From the NCBI GenBank assembly GCA_903920005.1, contig CAIXKI010000158.1:6134-70133 (forward strand): a DNA stretch of 64,000 nt. Reading direction: 5' to 3'. This document shows, piece by piece, positions 36,593 through 47,035 of the stretch. This DNA is from an uncultured delta proteobacterium (GTDB lineage: Bacteria > Bdellovibrionota_C > UBA2361 > OMII01). The position numbers and the translations under genes were made by a program. The notes under the pieces were generated by a model. That model saw nothing but the letters and a program-made list of their open reading frames with translations, was not told the origin of the DNA and ran no database searches. The number at the start of each line of letters is the position of its first letter. Positions within the stretch are counted from its first letter, which is position 1.

Positions 36593-37771
36593 ATGGTGCC
36601 GTGTCGTCGTAGATCTGAAGCATTCGCGTCCCTAACGCTACTCGCGCTACTAACAGTCGGCTGCGGTCCCACGCTAAAATCTTCCCTTCCGGTGGGAGCC
36701 TCCCTTCCGGCTACGATCGCGGTACTTCCGTCAGACTATTCTGTCGATATCCCAAGAGAGCGCATAGACCTCGTACATGCTGCTGTCGTTCGTGAACTTC
36801 GAAATCAAAACTTCGTCGTTGTTGAAGATAGAGTGGTCGAGTCGATCTGCTCTACCCCAGCGTGCCCCGAGAAGAGCCGGCTCGGCCAGGACTATCTCGT
36901 TGACGCCTTTGCGACAGTATCACTCTCCTCCTTCTCAAAGAGCAATTTCGTCGCCGGTTATTATAACCAGCTTCAAGGCGAGCTGCTTATCACTGACAAG
37001 AACGGGAGGGAGCTTGTACGAGTTGATCACACAGAAAAAGAATCCGGAGGGCTCCTCCTCCAGTCAGGCCAGGTTTTCCAGGCGATTATTTCAACCGTTA
37101 AGAATAGCGGAGATCGCGTATTTGAGAATCTCGCGCAGCGATTCGCCAAGACCGTCATCGAACAACTCCCCGCGCACCAAGCACCTTCGCCTGCTAGGAC
37201 AACCGAGGGGCTTGAAATAGCACTCAGCTCGGCGTCCGTGCAGTGGGACTCTTCCGCCTCATACACCGTGTGCGCGCAAGGGACTCCGCACTCATTCGCC
37301 TATCTTCTGACTGGCACTACCCGTTCACAGCTTCGCGAGGTCTCTCCGGGTAAATACTGCAGCAAATTCTCGCCTCTCGTCACCTCCCCAACGCGCGGGA
37401 TTGAGGCGGTAGAGCTTCGTACTGCCTTTGGCAATTCCCTTAGGAAGGAGATAGATCTTCCGTCCGACCCTCCTTGTGAACTGAAAAATAGGCTCGCTCG
37501 TTCAACGAAGGCAAAGGTTGACGTGCTTTGTTCTCGCATCGGCTCAGATCCCTCGAATGAGGCCAACGGATGCACATCTACGATGACTCGATGCGACGCT
37601 GACCGAATTGTACTCTATGAAGCTCCCTCCCTAAGCGGACCCTATAAGAAGATCTCCGAACTGAGATCCTCCTCACTTCCCGCCCCTCAAGGTCAGGCGG
37701 TGGTTACAGCTCTTGCCGTTGGGGTCGGCGGAGTGCCCTCGCAACCAGAACCGCTTCCTACAGAGAAATAA
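36593..37771 (+). CDS. Lipoprotein with LpoB/CsgG-like fold N-domain (IAVLP motif), paralog of the next gene
   Basis: Lipobox LLTVGC, then ATIAVLPSDYS, the 'VAVLPF' class motif of LpoB/DUF799-like lipoproteins. Confidence 0.55.
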   Translation: MVPCRRRSEAFASLTLLALLTVGCGPTLKSSLPVGASLPATIAVLPSDYSVDIPRERIDLVHAAVVRELRNQNFVVVEDRVVESICSTPACPEKSRLGQDYLVDAFATVSLSSFSKSNFVAGYYNQLQGELLITDKNGRELVRVDHTEKESGGLLLQSGQVFQAIISTVKNSGDRVFENLAQRFAKTVIEQLPAHQAPSPARTTEGLEIALSSASVQWDSSASYTVCAQGTPHSFAYLLTGTTRSQLREVSPGKYCSKFSPLVTSPTRGIEAVELRTAFGNSLRKEIDLPSDPPCELKNRLARSTKAKVDVLCSRIGSDPSNEANGCTSTMTRCDADRIVLYEAPSLSGPYKKISELRSSSLPAPQGQAVVTALAVGVGGVPSQPEPLPTEK

Positions 37772-37774
37772 AGT

Positions 37775-38791
37775 ATGAAAACTCTTCGCGCGCTGAAACT
37801 CCCCACTCTTATTACCACAACTCTCGTGGCGGTCGGTTGCTCCGGAACCTACAAAAATCAGGTCCACTTTAATCCATCGGAACCGATTCGCATCGCTGTC
37901 CTTCCCTTCGCGCAGGTGGACGACTCTGGTGCGCTTATACAGGCAGACGAGAACTATCTCATCGATAACGTCGCTCTTGTCTCCTCAAAATTAAAGCAAA
38001 CTCCTGCTCAATTCGTTCAGACGCTCGCCCAATCGGAGCTTGCGGAGGCGTCTCTTGATGTCGTAACTCCGGCTATCGTTGAGGCTGCTCTTATTCACAA
38101 TGGTTTTGGCTTGCCCGGAACCAATCCGGTGCAATTGGACCTTCAGAAAGTGTTTGCCGCGGACCCCAAGCAAGTATGTACGAAGCTAGTTTCTTGCGAT
38201 GCTGTGCTGTACGGCAAAGTGACGAACTGGGATCGCAGTTATTATGGAATTGAATCTGTATCATCAGTGGGAGTCGACCTTAAGATAGTTTCCGCGAACA
38301 CTGGCAAGGTACTCTTTGAATCAACCGCAACCGACTCTGATAGCCGCGGGGTAAGTAAGGGGCCGACAGGATTCTCGAATATCGTTATTGAGCCGATTAA
38401 GGGGCTGGACAACGAAATCATAACAACCCTTGCCCGCGATGTGGTCAAACAGTCTATTTCACCTATAAATCGCAAGAGCCGACCTGGATTCCTGAAAACC
38501 GCGCCGCCGTTCATAATTGAGTCTGCTCACAGCGCTCCAAAGGGGGTTTTGGTGAACGGAAAGCTTGTCGTCGCGGTTATGGGAACGCCGGAGATGACCG
38601 GCTCGTTCTCGATCGGGAATGCCATACGAGATGTACCGCTCGTTGAGCGCTCGCCAGGGCACTATATCGGTGAATATCTCCCTGTTTCAGGAGACAATTT
38701 TCAGAGCCAAATTGTGACGGTATCGCTCCAGGACGAGGCCGGACGCAAAACAAATCAGCCTCTCTCAAAAATAGCGGTCTCATATAGATAA
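37775..38791 (+). CDS. Lipoprotein with LpoB/CsgG-like fold N-domain, paralog of the previous gene
   Basis: Lipobox LVAVGC, then IRIAVLPFAQVDDSG ... CDAVLYGKVTNWD ... GVDLKIVSANTGKVLFE, as in LpoB-like proteins. There is a 4-nt gap to the upstream gene. Confidence 0.55.
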   Translation: MKTLRALKLPTLITTTLVAVGCSGTYKNQVHFNPSEPIRIAVLPFAQVDDSGALIQADENYLIDNVALVSSKLKQTPAQFVQTLAQSELAEASLDVVTPAIVEAALIHNGFGLPGTNPVQLDLQKVFAADPKQVCTKLVSCDAVLYGKVTNWDRSYYGIESVSSVGVDLKIVSANTGKVLFESTATDSDSRGVSKGPTGFSNIVIEPIKGLDNEIITTLARDVVKQSISPINRKSRPGFLKTAPPFIIESAHSAPKGVLVNGKLVVAVMGTPEMTGSFSIGNAIRDVPLVERSPGHYIGEYLPVSGDNFQSQIVTVSLQDEAGRKTNQPLSKIAVSYR

Positions 38792-38805
38792 CCCTCCCGG
38801 CACTT

Positions 38806-39387
38806 ATGAAAAAATCAAAAAACAGGCTCTCGATAGCCGCATCTCTTCTCAGCGCAGCCCTCCTCTCTCTTGTAGCCAGTGGTTGCTCGATGTTCAGTAG
38901 CGACTCCCCTCAGCAACACACGAATGAATCGCTCGAAGAGGTTTTAGAAACGTCATTCCCAACCGTCAGCGGGCCTCAAAGCTCACTCGCTGATTTCGGC
39001 GGTAATATCGTCATGCTCCATTTCTTTGCCTCGTGGTGCAGAGATTGCTCAGCGGAGGTTCCATCGCTCAAGAATCTACACTCTAACTTTGACGGAACAA
39101 CTTTTGAGATAGTCGGCGTGGCCGTCGATGATACTCCAGCTGACGCTGAAGCATTCGCGCTCCGACACGAGCTCCCATTTCCTGTACTTATCGATACCAC
39201 TGGAGAGCTCAAAAACTACTTCTCTGTTCGAGATCTCCCAACGACTCTCTTCCTCGACCGGAATGGGACGCCAATCCGTTTTCAAGACCCGAGCACTGGT
39301 CGCATTACCTCAAAACTTGAAGGCTCTCGACGCTGGGATACGGCAAGCCCGGTCTCAATGATCGGTGGACTCATAGAGACACGATAA
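38806..39387 (+). CDS. TlpA/ResA-like thiol-disulfide oxidoreductase lipoprotein
   Basis: Lipobox LVASGC and a thioredoxin fold with FFASWCRDC (CxxC). Confidence 0.7.
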   Translation: MKKSKNRLSIAASLLSAALLSLVASGCSMFSSDSPQQHTNESLEEVLETSFPTVSGPQSSLADFGGNIVMLHFFASWCRDCSAEVPSLKNLHSNFDGTTFEIVGVAVDDTPADAEAFALRHELPFPVLIDTTGELKNYFSVRDLPTTLFLDRNGTPIRFQDPSTGRITSKLEGSRRWDTASPVSMIGGLIETR

Positions 39388-39511
39388 CCGCAGATATCGC
39401 CGGTCGCGGCAAGCCGGCGAGGCCGCCGGCCCTCCAGGAACGATTGTCGCAGCTTCACGCGAATCGCTTGAATATCGCCGGATCGGTTGGAGGCACGACA
39501 GTCGCTCGCGA

Positions 39512-40744
39512 TTAGTGCGCGATTCGGCGAGATATTCCCTGCGCGATAACATCAAGGAACTGCTCGGTGCTCAAGTAGTGCTCGCGCTTCAGATTGTCAC
39601 CATGAATGCAGAGCGCGAGATCCTTGGTCATATGCCCAGCCTCTACCGCGTCAACGCAGACCTCCTCAAGCGCTGTAGCGAAGCTCATCAGCGCATGATT
39701 CCCGTCGAACTGTCCGCGAAACTTAAGTCCCGTTGTCCATGCGAAGATCGACGCAATAGGATTCGTTGAGGTCTCTTTTCCTTGCTGGTGGAGACGATAG
39801 TGACGAGTCACGGTTCCGTGAGCTGCCTCAGCCTCGATCGTTCTGCCATCTTCCGTCATGAGCACTGAGGTCATAAGACCAAGGGAGCCGAAGCCCTGCG
39901 CAATAGAATCCGACTGAACATCTCCATCGTAGTTCTTGCAGGCCCACAAGAATCCACCCTGCGACTTCATTGCATACGCAACCATGTCATCGATAAGGCG
40001 GTGCTGATACTCAATACCAGCTTTCTTGTATAACTCCGCAAATTCAGCGTCGTATACAGCCTGAAAGATATCCTTAAATCGACCATCATACGCTTTAAGA
40101 ATCGTATTCTTTGTCGAAAGGTATGTTGGAAGCTTCTTCGCTAGTCCGTAGTTCAGGCAGCTTCGAGCAAAGCTGTAGATAGACTCATCGAGGTTGTACA
40201 TCCCCATCGCGACGCCGCTACTCGGGAAGTCAAATACATCATACTCAATCGGAGATCCCCCATCGGATGGAGTGAACTTCATCGTCAGCTTGCCTTTACC
40301 CGGAACTTTAAAGTCCGTCGCCCGATATTGATCACCGAAAGCATGTCGACCAACCACGATCGATTGCGTCCATCCCGGTACGAGGCGAGGAACGTTCTTA
40401 CAGAGGATCGGCTCGCGGAATACCGTTCCGCCAATGATGTTACGGATAGTGCCGTTGGGAGACTTCCACATCTTCTTGAGTTTAAACTCTTTGACGCGAT
40501 CCTCGTCAGGAGTAATCGTCGCGCACTTAATCCCGACGCCAAACTCTTTAATCTCCTCAGAGGATTCTATAGTAACTTGATCGTTCGTGGCGTCGCGGTT
40601 CTCAATCGAGAGATCGAAGTACTTAATGTCGATATCAAGGAATGGAAGGATCAACTTCTCACGGATAATGTGCCAGATGATACGGGTCATCTCATCGCCA
40701 TCAAGCTCGACTACGGGGTGCTCTACGTGGATTTTTACTGTCAT
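39512..40744 (-). CDS. icd: NADP-dependent isocitrate dehydrogenase (homodimeric eukaryote-like type II)
   Basis: 410 aa with [15 protein letters not shown] and [11 protein letters not shown], typical of type II IDH. Confidence 0.9.
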   Translation of the reverse strand: MTVKIHVEHPVVELDGDEMTRIIWHIIREKLILPFLDIDIKYFDLSIENRDATNDQVTIESSEEIKEFGVGIKCATITPDEDRVKEFKLKKMWKSPNGTIRNIIGGTVFREPILCKNVPRLVPGWTQSIVVGRHAFGDQYRATDFKVPGKGKLTMKFTPSDGGSPIEYDVFDFPSSGVAMGMYNLDESIYSFARSCLNYGLAKKLPTYLSTKNTILKAYDGRFKDIFQAVYDAEFAELYKKAGIEYQHRLIDDMVAYAMKSQGGFLWACKNYDGDVQSDSIAQGFGSLGLMTSVLMTEDGRTIEAEAAHGTVTRHYRLHQQGKETSTNPIASIFAWTTGLKFRGQFDGNHALMSFATALEEVCVDAVEAGHMTKDLALCIHGDNLKREHYLSTEQFLDVIAQGISRRIAH

Positions 40745-41016
40745 GTTGGCCTCTTAAAATATCGGGATATCAATACCAAGGATACCTCGTTGGCAAAAGA
40801 GCTTCGATGTGGAGAATCCATGGGACGAAATTGGAGGGTTCGGGGCTCCACCTCCCCCCTTACGGCGAGGAGTCCCCTTTCCCACGGGCACACATGCCAC
40901 GGTTTCCAACGTCCGGCGGTCGAGGACACCGGCCCTCCATAGAGCCATCCCGGGGGCCGCCCCCTGCCAATTCCAAACCATGTCCGTCACCGCTTTCGTG
41001 TGGTACCGTACGCCCT

Positions 41017-42420
41017 ATGGACACACTCTGCTGCATCGTTCTCGCCGCTGGCGTAGGAAAGCGTATGGGAGGGGATCTCCCGAAGGCTATCACCCAAACC
41101 CGGGAGAAGGCCCTCATCGACCACCTCTTGGACGCCCTCGCTCCCCTAAAACCTGAAAAAACGATCGTCGTTACAGGCCATAAGCAGGAGCTCTTAAAGC
41201 AACACCTCGCCGACAGCCAGAGCGCGAAGGGTCACGCCATCGAGTACGCCTTTCAAGAACAGCAACGTGGCACAGGAGACGCCGTTAAGAGCGCCCTCTC
41301 TACGCTCGGCTCTTTTAAGGGCACGGTCCTTATTACCTATGCCGACCATCCGCTCTTTACCGGCGAAACATTGAAACTGTTCCTTCAGTACCACTTCCAC
41401 AAAAAAGCCACCCTGACGATGCTCTCTTTCCAGGCTCCGCCACCAAATGGATATGGAAAAGTTCTTCGAGATCCAAAGGGCCAGATCCTACGCATTACAG
41501 AGGCGAAGGACTGCAATCCCGAGGAAGCATTGACCTCTGAGGTGAACTCTGGATTCTACGCGGTCGACTCGGCGTTCCTTAAACCTGCCGTTGAAAGCCT
41601 TACAAACAACAACGCGCAGAGCGAGTACTACCTGACAGATATCGTTGAAAAGGCGGCGAAAGAGGGCCAGACCGTCGCGGCCTTCCCCCTCGCTAACGCG
41701 GAAGAGGCTGCGGGCGTTAACAGCCCGCAGGATCTCGCGCTCGTCAACTCCATCCTCGCGGGACGTCAGATGGATCGCTTAATCAACGGTGGCGTAACTT
41801 TTATCGATCCGAAGAGCTGCTTTATCGACCCAGAGGTGACGATCGGCAAGCACGTCGTCATCGGACCAAATGTGCAGATAAAGGGAAAAACCACTATCGG
41901 TGATAAGGTCACTATCCACGGAACCGCGATTATCGAAGACACTACGATCTCAACCGGAGCAGTTATTAAACTTGGGTGCCAGATCGAAAAGTCCTCAATC
42001 GGAAAAGAAACCACCGTTGGACCATTCGCGCATATCCGGCCGGACTCACGCCTAGGGGATCACGTCAGAATCGGTAACTTTGTCGAAACAAAGAACACCA
42101 CCATGCATGATGGGTCAAAAGCGAACCACCTTACCTACCTCGGGGACTGCACGGTTGGACGGGGAACGAACATCGGCGCCGGAACAATTACGTGCAACTA
42201 TGACGGTTACTCAAAATCAAAAACTACGATAGGAAAAGATGTCTTCATCGGAAGCAACTCAGCGCTCGTGGCTCCTATAACGATCGGTGACGGCGCGCTC
42301 GTCGCCGCTGGATCTGTTATCACCCAGGACGTTCCAGCGGATGCTCTCGGAGTAGGCCGCTCGCGTCAGGATAATAAAGAAGGATATGCCAAGAAGCGCC
42401 GCGAACTGCTTGAGAAATAA
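41017..42420 (+). CDS. glmU: Bifunctional GlcNAc-1-P uridyltransferase / GlcN-1-P acetyltransferase
   Basis: Starts MDTLCCIVLAAGVGKRMG (LAAGxGxRM). The left-handed beta-helix hexapeptide repeats lie in the C-half. The track ORF from 40807 adds an implausible Pro/Gly-rich extension. Confidence 0.9.
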   Translation: MDTLCCIVLAAGVGKRMGGDLPKAITQTREKALIDHLLDALAPLKPEKTIVVTGHKQELLKQHLADSQSAKGHAIEYAFQEQQRGTGDAVKSALSTLGSFKGTVLITYADHPLFTGETLKLFLQYHFHKKATLTMLSFQAPPPNGYGKVLRDPKGQILRITEAKDCNPEEALTSEVNSGFYAVDSAFLKPAVESLTNNNAQSEYYLTDIVEKAAKEGQTVAAFPLANAEEAAGVNSPQDLALVNSILAGRQMDRLINGGVTFIDPKSCFIDPEVTIGKHVVIGPNVQIKGKTTIGDKVTIHGTAIIEDTTISTGAVIKLGCQIEKSSIGKETTVGPFAHIRPDSRLGDHVRIGNFVETKNTTMHDGSKANHLTYLGDCTVGRGTNIGAGTITCNYDGYSKSKTTIGKDVFIGSNSALVAPITIGDGALVAAGSVITQDVPADALGVGRSRQDNKEGYAKKRRELLEK

Positions 42421-42500
42421 TCACCCCAACCCTCAGGAAGGTGTCGACGCCTCTCTAGCACGTATAGTTCGTTAAGCCTGCTAGTGCGATCGACGCAGTT

Positions 42501-44405
42501 TTACGCACTATGCGGGCTAGGAAACTCTCCCGCTCGATAGCGCTTAAGGTACATGGCGAGCAGAGAGATCATGCTCGGCGTCATTCCCGGAATACGGGTC
42601 GCTTGACCGATCGAGGCGGGCCTGTGCTTCTTTAACTTCTCGCATGCCTCTGTTCGAAGTTGCTTAATCTGGTCGTACGGAAAATCGGCCGGTATAGATT
42701 CGTTTTCAATCTTCTTTAAATGCCGAACCTCGTCCTCTTGCCTATCGAGGTAGCCACGAAACTTATATTCGATCTCTATCGCGGCGCGAAGATCTGTCGA
42801 GAGTTGTTCCTCATACGGAAAATGTTCAAGAATGTCGTCGAGCGAGAGCTGTGGTCGTTTAATAAGCTGAGAAAGGAACGAGCCATCTTTTAAAGCAGCG
42901 GTGCCCTTATTCGCAAGCCACGCGTTGGTGGACTCCGTCGGTTTCGCGACCGTCGTTGCGAGCCACTTCATCGCCTTGTCATAGGAGGCCTGTCGCGCCT
43001 CGAAGAGAGCCTTTTGACCATCACTCAACATGCCGTACTGAATCGCTACCGGACAGAGCCGGTTAGCGGCGTTGTCTTCACGCAATATCAACCGATACTC
43101 GGCGCGCGAGGTGAACATCCGATACGGCTCATCAACTCCCAGCGTTGTGAGGTCGTCGGTCATTACGCCGATATATCCTTGGCCACGCGTGATACTAAGA
43201 GGTTCTCGTTCAAGAACTTTTAAAGCGGCGTTCGCTCCGGCGATAAGTCCCTGCGCGGCGGCCTCCTCATAGCCACTTGTTCCATTTATCTGGCCTGCCA
43301 TGTAGAGCCCTGAAACACCCTTGGTTTCGTAGGTGGGAAGGAGCTCTCGCGGATCGACAAAGTCATATTCAACAGCATAGCCGGGCGCAAGGAACTCTAC
43401 GTTCTCGAGCCCTTTAATCTTTCGGATAAACTGTTGCTGAATCTCAAACGGAAGAGAGGTCGATATCCCATTCGGATAGACGATATCTGAGGTGAACCCT
43501 TCAGGCTCAAGGAACACCGGATGACTCATCTTATCAGCGAATCGAAAGACCTTGTCCTCAATCGACGGGCAGTAACGTGGGCCGCTCGATTTAATCTGCC
43601 CGTTAAACATCGGGCTGCTTTCTCGATTGCGGCGTATAAGGTCGTGAATCTCTTCGTTCGTTGAAGTCAGCCAACACGATATCTGCGGGCGGTTGATAGC
43701 GGCCGTTGTGAACGAAAACGGCGGAGGCGGATCATCACCGGGCTGCTCTCGCATTCCGGAAAAATCGATCGTCGATTTACGAAGTCGCGGCGGCGTTCCG
43801 GTTTTTAAACGACCTAGCGGAAAACCGAGAGCCCGAAGCGAATCACTTAAATCGTTTGACGCGAGGTCTCCGAGACGTCCCCCCTCCTTCTGAGCGGAGC
43901 CGGTGTGCATAAGACCCTTAAGAAACGTTCCGGTCGTCAGAACAACGCCGCCAGCCTCCACCAAAGACCCATCTTTTAAACGAACACCTGAAACCGCACC
44001 CGCTTCGACCTCAATCGAAGCCGCCTCTCCTTCAAGGATGGTAAGGTTAGGAACTGTCTCAAGGAACCGCTGGATCCACTCCTTATATAAGTCACGATCT
44101 GCTTGGGCCCTGGTTGCCTGAGCGGCGGCCCCTTTGCTGGAGTTCAAAGTCTTAAACTGAATGCCGGTCGCGTCTATCGCTCGACCCATGAGCCCACCGA
44201 GGGCGTCGAGCTCCTTTACGAGGTGCCCCTTACCAACGCCGCCGATCGCTGGGTTGCACGACATCTGCCCGACACCATCTTTGCGCAGGGAGACGAGGGT
44301 GGTGGGAACCCCTAAACGGGCAGCCGCATAGGCCGCTTCTATGCCCGCATGCCCCCCTCCGACCACCACTATTCTTGTACATTTAGAACGTCTCATCAGT
44401 GACAT
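42501..44405 (-). CDS. mnmG: tRNA uridine-5-carboxymethylaminomethyl modification enzyme MnmG (GidA)
   Basis: 634 aa with [21 protein letters not shown] as the FAD site and MnmG-length conservation. This is a classic origin-proximal gene. Confidence 0.9.
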   Translation of the reverse strand: MSLMRRSKCTRIVVVGGGHAGIEAAYAAARLGVPTTLVSLRKDGVGQMSCNPAIGGVGKGHLVKELDALGGLMGRAIDATGIQFKTLNSSKGAAAQATRAQADRDLYKEWIQRFLETVPNLTILEGEAASIEVEAGAVSGVRLKDGSLVEAGGVVLTTGTFLKGLMHTGSAQKEGGRLGDLASNDLSDSLRALGFPLGRLKTGTPPRLRKSTIDFSGMREQPGDDPPPPFSFTTAAINRPQISCWLTSTNEEIHDLIRRNRESSPMFNGQIKSSGPRYCPSIEDKVFRFADKMSHPVFLEPEGFTSDIVYPNGISTSLPFEIQQQFIRKIKGLENVEFLAPGYAVEYDFVDPRELLPTYETKGVSGLYMAGQINGTSGYEEAAAQGLIAGANAALKVLEREPLSITRGQGYIGVMTDDLTTLGVDEPYRMFTSRAEYRLILREDNAANRLCPVAIQYGMLSDGQKALFEARQASYDKAMKWLATTVAKPTESTNAWLANKGTAALKDGSFLSQLIKRPQLSLDDILEHFPYEEQLSTDLRAAIEIEYKFRGYLDRQEDEVRHLKKIENESIPADFPYDQIKQLRTEACEKLKKHRPASIGQATRIPGMTPSMISLLAMYLKRYRAGEFPSPHSA

Positions 44406-44613
44406 AGTACCCTATCTAACCCCCCAACTCCACGTTTCAAACATAGCAATTACAGCTAGTTGACGCCCTTTTCCCCAGAAAAAACAACCGGGAGCAAGTT
44501 TGTTTAAGGAACCGATTCGTGGGTACCCTTCATCTGCACAGTGTACCCAGAAAGGTGTTGTGAACACCGACCGACGTACGGTCAGTTGTTTTAAGTACAC
44601 GGCGAGAGCCGCT

Positions 44614-45345
44614 ATGAAACGAGTTGTTAAAAACATACGGTCCAAGCGAATCATCGAAACCATCTGCGTAGCATTGGCGGGCGCCGGTATCGCTTCCTAC
44701 GCTACCCTGGTTTCACTCCTGACTCAAAAGGAGTCCTCTGATGTGGCGCGGATGGCTCAAGTAGCCCTCACAAAGTCATACTCCGACGCTCAGGCTCAAG
44801 TATCCTTCGTTCGTCAGCAACAGACCAAATTTGTCTCTGAGATCATCCGCGTACACAATCCGCGGCACTCAAATGTCGAGCCAACAGCCCGACTGATCGT
44901 TGAGGAGAGCGCAAAAGCGAAGGTCGATCCCCTCTTTGTAGCGGCGGTTATCCGATCCGAAAGCATGTTCAAACCATCCGCGATATCACCGCGCGGCGCG
45001 AAAGGTCTCATGCAGATCATGCCGGCCACCGGGCGCTATGTATCTGAGCGCGAGAATATCACCCTTGGAAAAACAGCCGACCTCCACGACCCAACGACGA
45101 ACCTTCGGGTTGGCATCGCGTATTTAAAGTATCTCGACAGAATGTTTAAGGGAAACCGCGAGCGAATGCTCATCGCCTACAATTGGGGGCCAGCAAACGT
45201 TAAGTTAGCCCTACGCGGAAACGCGCGAACTCCCTCCGAAAGCGTTACCTACGCCAAGAAGATACTAGCGGCCCACCGTGAATGGCGCACCCGATTCTCG
45301 ATGCTTGCGGCAAACGTTCGCTTCGACGACTCAATGCTCGGTTAA
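44614..45345 (+). CDS. Soluble lytic transglycosylase (SLT domain) with N-terminal signal/anchor
   Basis: The SLT motif region ES..., GAKGLMQIMPATG and AYNWG is present. The start was chosen at MKRVVKNIRSKR followed by a hydrophobic helix. Confidence 0.75.
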   Translation: MKRVVKNIRSKRIIETICVALAGAGIASYATLVSLLTQKESSDVARMAQVALTKSYSDAQAQVSFVRQQQTKFVSEIIRVHNPRHSNVEPTARLIVEESAKAKVDPLFVAAVIRSESMFKPSAISPRGAKGLMQIMPATGRYVSERENITLGKTADLHDPTTNLRVGIAYLKYLDRMFKGNRERMLIAYNWGPANVKLALRGNARTPSESVTYAKKILAAHREWRTRFSMLAANVRFDDSMLG

Positions 45346-45351
45346 TATAGC

Positions 45352-46233
45352 TTACGAGCCAACGACCGAAAACGTTCCCCGCTTATTTTGAACTACGAAT
45401 CCCTCTCTCTCTAAATCAACGAGCGCTTTATCAATCCGTTCCGACGGATACGGGAGCCGGGCGAGTATCTGGCCACTTTTCTGAGGTTGCTCTGAGATAC
45501 TTTTAAGCACCGCCGCACGCACCTGCCTCTGAGAACCGATAAACTTAGACGGCTTCACGTAATGCCGACTTCTCTTGTTTACGCCCTTAGAGCTACGCTT
45601 TATCTCCACCCCCAGGTCCATGAGCGCATAGAACCATCGGCGAGCATCCTTCTGATAAAGGGTCTCTTGAACAACCTGCAATATCTCTTTATCACCCACA
45701 ACTCGCCTTCGAGGAAAAAAGACAGAGAGGTATACCGTGCGAATGTTCGTCTCAATCATCGGAGCGGGCGTACCGAACGCGAACGCAGCAACCGCTGCAG
45801 CTGTATACGCGCCGACTCCCGGCAACGCGCGTAACCCTTCTACCGTTTTAGGAAAAACGCCCGAATGCTCCGCGCAAATAGTCTGAGCAGCTTTATGTAG
45901 GTTGAGAGCGCGCCTGTAATATCCAAGCCCCATCCACATCCGCACGACCTCAGCGACGGAGGCTTCGCTTAACGCGCCTACCGTTGGAAACTCGCGCAGG
46001 AATGCCTCGTACTTCGGAACCACACGATCCGTCTGCGTCTGCTGAAGCATGACCTCGCTAACGAGTATTTCATAAGGGTCGCGCGTTTTTCGCCATGGGA
46101 AGTCGCGACCATGGCTCCTAAAGAACTCTAGGACCAGCTTTTGAAAATCAGTGACGCCGGGTCGAGCTCGCTTCGAAAGCATCGCTATCTCAGCGTGAAT
46201 ATCAGAAGAGGATTGAGCGCGTTTCATGGGCAT
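45352..46233 (-). CDS. HhH-GPD superfamily DNA glycosylase (MutY/Nth-like) apparently lacking the 4Fe-4S Cys cluster
   Basis: LPGVGAYTAAAVAAFAFG helix-hairpin-helix with Gly/Pro-rich loop and Asp. No Cx6CxxCx5C cluster in the C-terminal part. Confidence 0.7.
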   Translation of the reverse strand: MPMKRAQSSSDIHAEIAMLSKRARPGVTDFQKLVLEFFRSHGRDFPWRKTRDPYEILVSEVMLQQTQTDRVVPKYEAFLREFPTVGALSEASVAEVVRMWMGLGYYRRALNLHKAAQTICAEHSGVFPKTVEGLRALPGVGAYTAAAVAAFAFGTPAPMIETNIRTVYLSVFFPRRRVVGDKEILQVVQETLYQKDARRWFYALMDLGVEIKRSSKGVNKRSRHYVKPSKFIGSQRQVRAAVLKSISEQPQKSGQILARLPYPSERIDKALVDLEREGFVVQNKRGTFSVVGS

Positions 46234-46330
46234 ATCGTAGCCGGGGACAAGGATTTTTTAAACCTATCGACAGGTATGGCCCGCCCGCGCCGGCTATCTT
46301 AGCCGTCCATCTTTGAGGTAGTATTGCGAC

Positions 46331-47035
46331 ATGAGCGACCTCCGCTTTCTCTACAACGATGGTGAACTTTTTGCGATATACAAGGCGCCAGGACTTCACT
46401 CCGTACGGCTTCCAAAAGGTGGGGGCCACTCTCTTGCCGATGCCCTACTCGCTCATTCGCCACACCTAAAAGACGTGAGCAAACATCCTGGAGACGCTGG
46501 ACTCGTTAATCGCCTCGACGAAGATACGAGTGGTATTCTCCTGGGCGCTTGGAGTCGTCCCGTATGGGAACAGCTCTTTGTTCAACTGCTCTCAGGTAGT
46601 GTCATAAAAAAGTATAAAGCGCTCGTTGAGGGACATCTATCGACCCCTCAAAGTATCAAGACGTTTATAGGAACGCCCCATCGCGGAGCTCGAAAGATGA
46701 AGGTCTACGAACAAGAGCCTCCCGCATGGGCGCGCGCCCTTGAGGGCACAACGGTCTTTCTAGACTCGCGCTTCTTAGAAACTCTCAAAGCGACGCTGGT
46801 AACCGTATCGGCATCTCCCGCTCGTCGGCATCAGATTCGCCTCCACAGCTCGCACATCGGACGCCCGCTTGTTGGAGACGTGCTCTACGGCTCGACGAGA
46901 GAACTCCCGTCGCCCATACCTCACAACCGTTCCTTTCTTTTACATGCCGAGGAGGTTTCCTTCTCTCATCCTTCAACGGGACAGGAGATCCTCATTACCT
47001 GTCCGATAGAAGACGAGCTTGCGCTCCCTCAATAG
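46331..47035 (+). CDS. RluA-family pseudouridine synthase
   Basis: Catalytic motif VNRLDEDTSGILL (HRLDxxTSG). Confidence 0.8.
   Translation: MSDLRFLYNDGELFAIYKAPGLHSVRLPKGGGHSLADALLAHSPHLKDVSKHPGDAGLVNRLDEDTSGILLGAWSRPVWEQLFVQLLSGSVIKKYKALVEGHLSTPQSIKTFIGTPHRGARKMKVYEQEPPAWARALEGTTVFLDSRFLETLKATLVTVSASPARRHQIRLHSSHIGRPLVGDVLYGSTRELPSPIPHNRSFLLHAEEVSFSHPSTGQEILITCPIEDELALPQ

Noticed and set aside
40328-40942. 204-aa plus-strand ORF
   Set aside because: Antisense to icd and extending into the GC-rich spacer. No supporting features.
40807-41016. Pro/Gly-rich 70-aa N-terminal extension of glmU in the track
   Set aside because: GlmU homologs start at the LAAGxGxRM motif. The extension lies in a GC-rich non-coding spacer where every frame is open.
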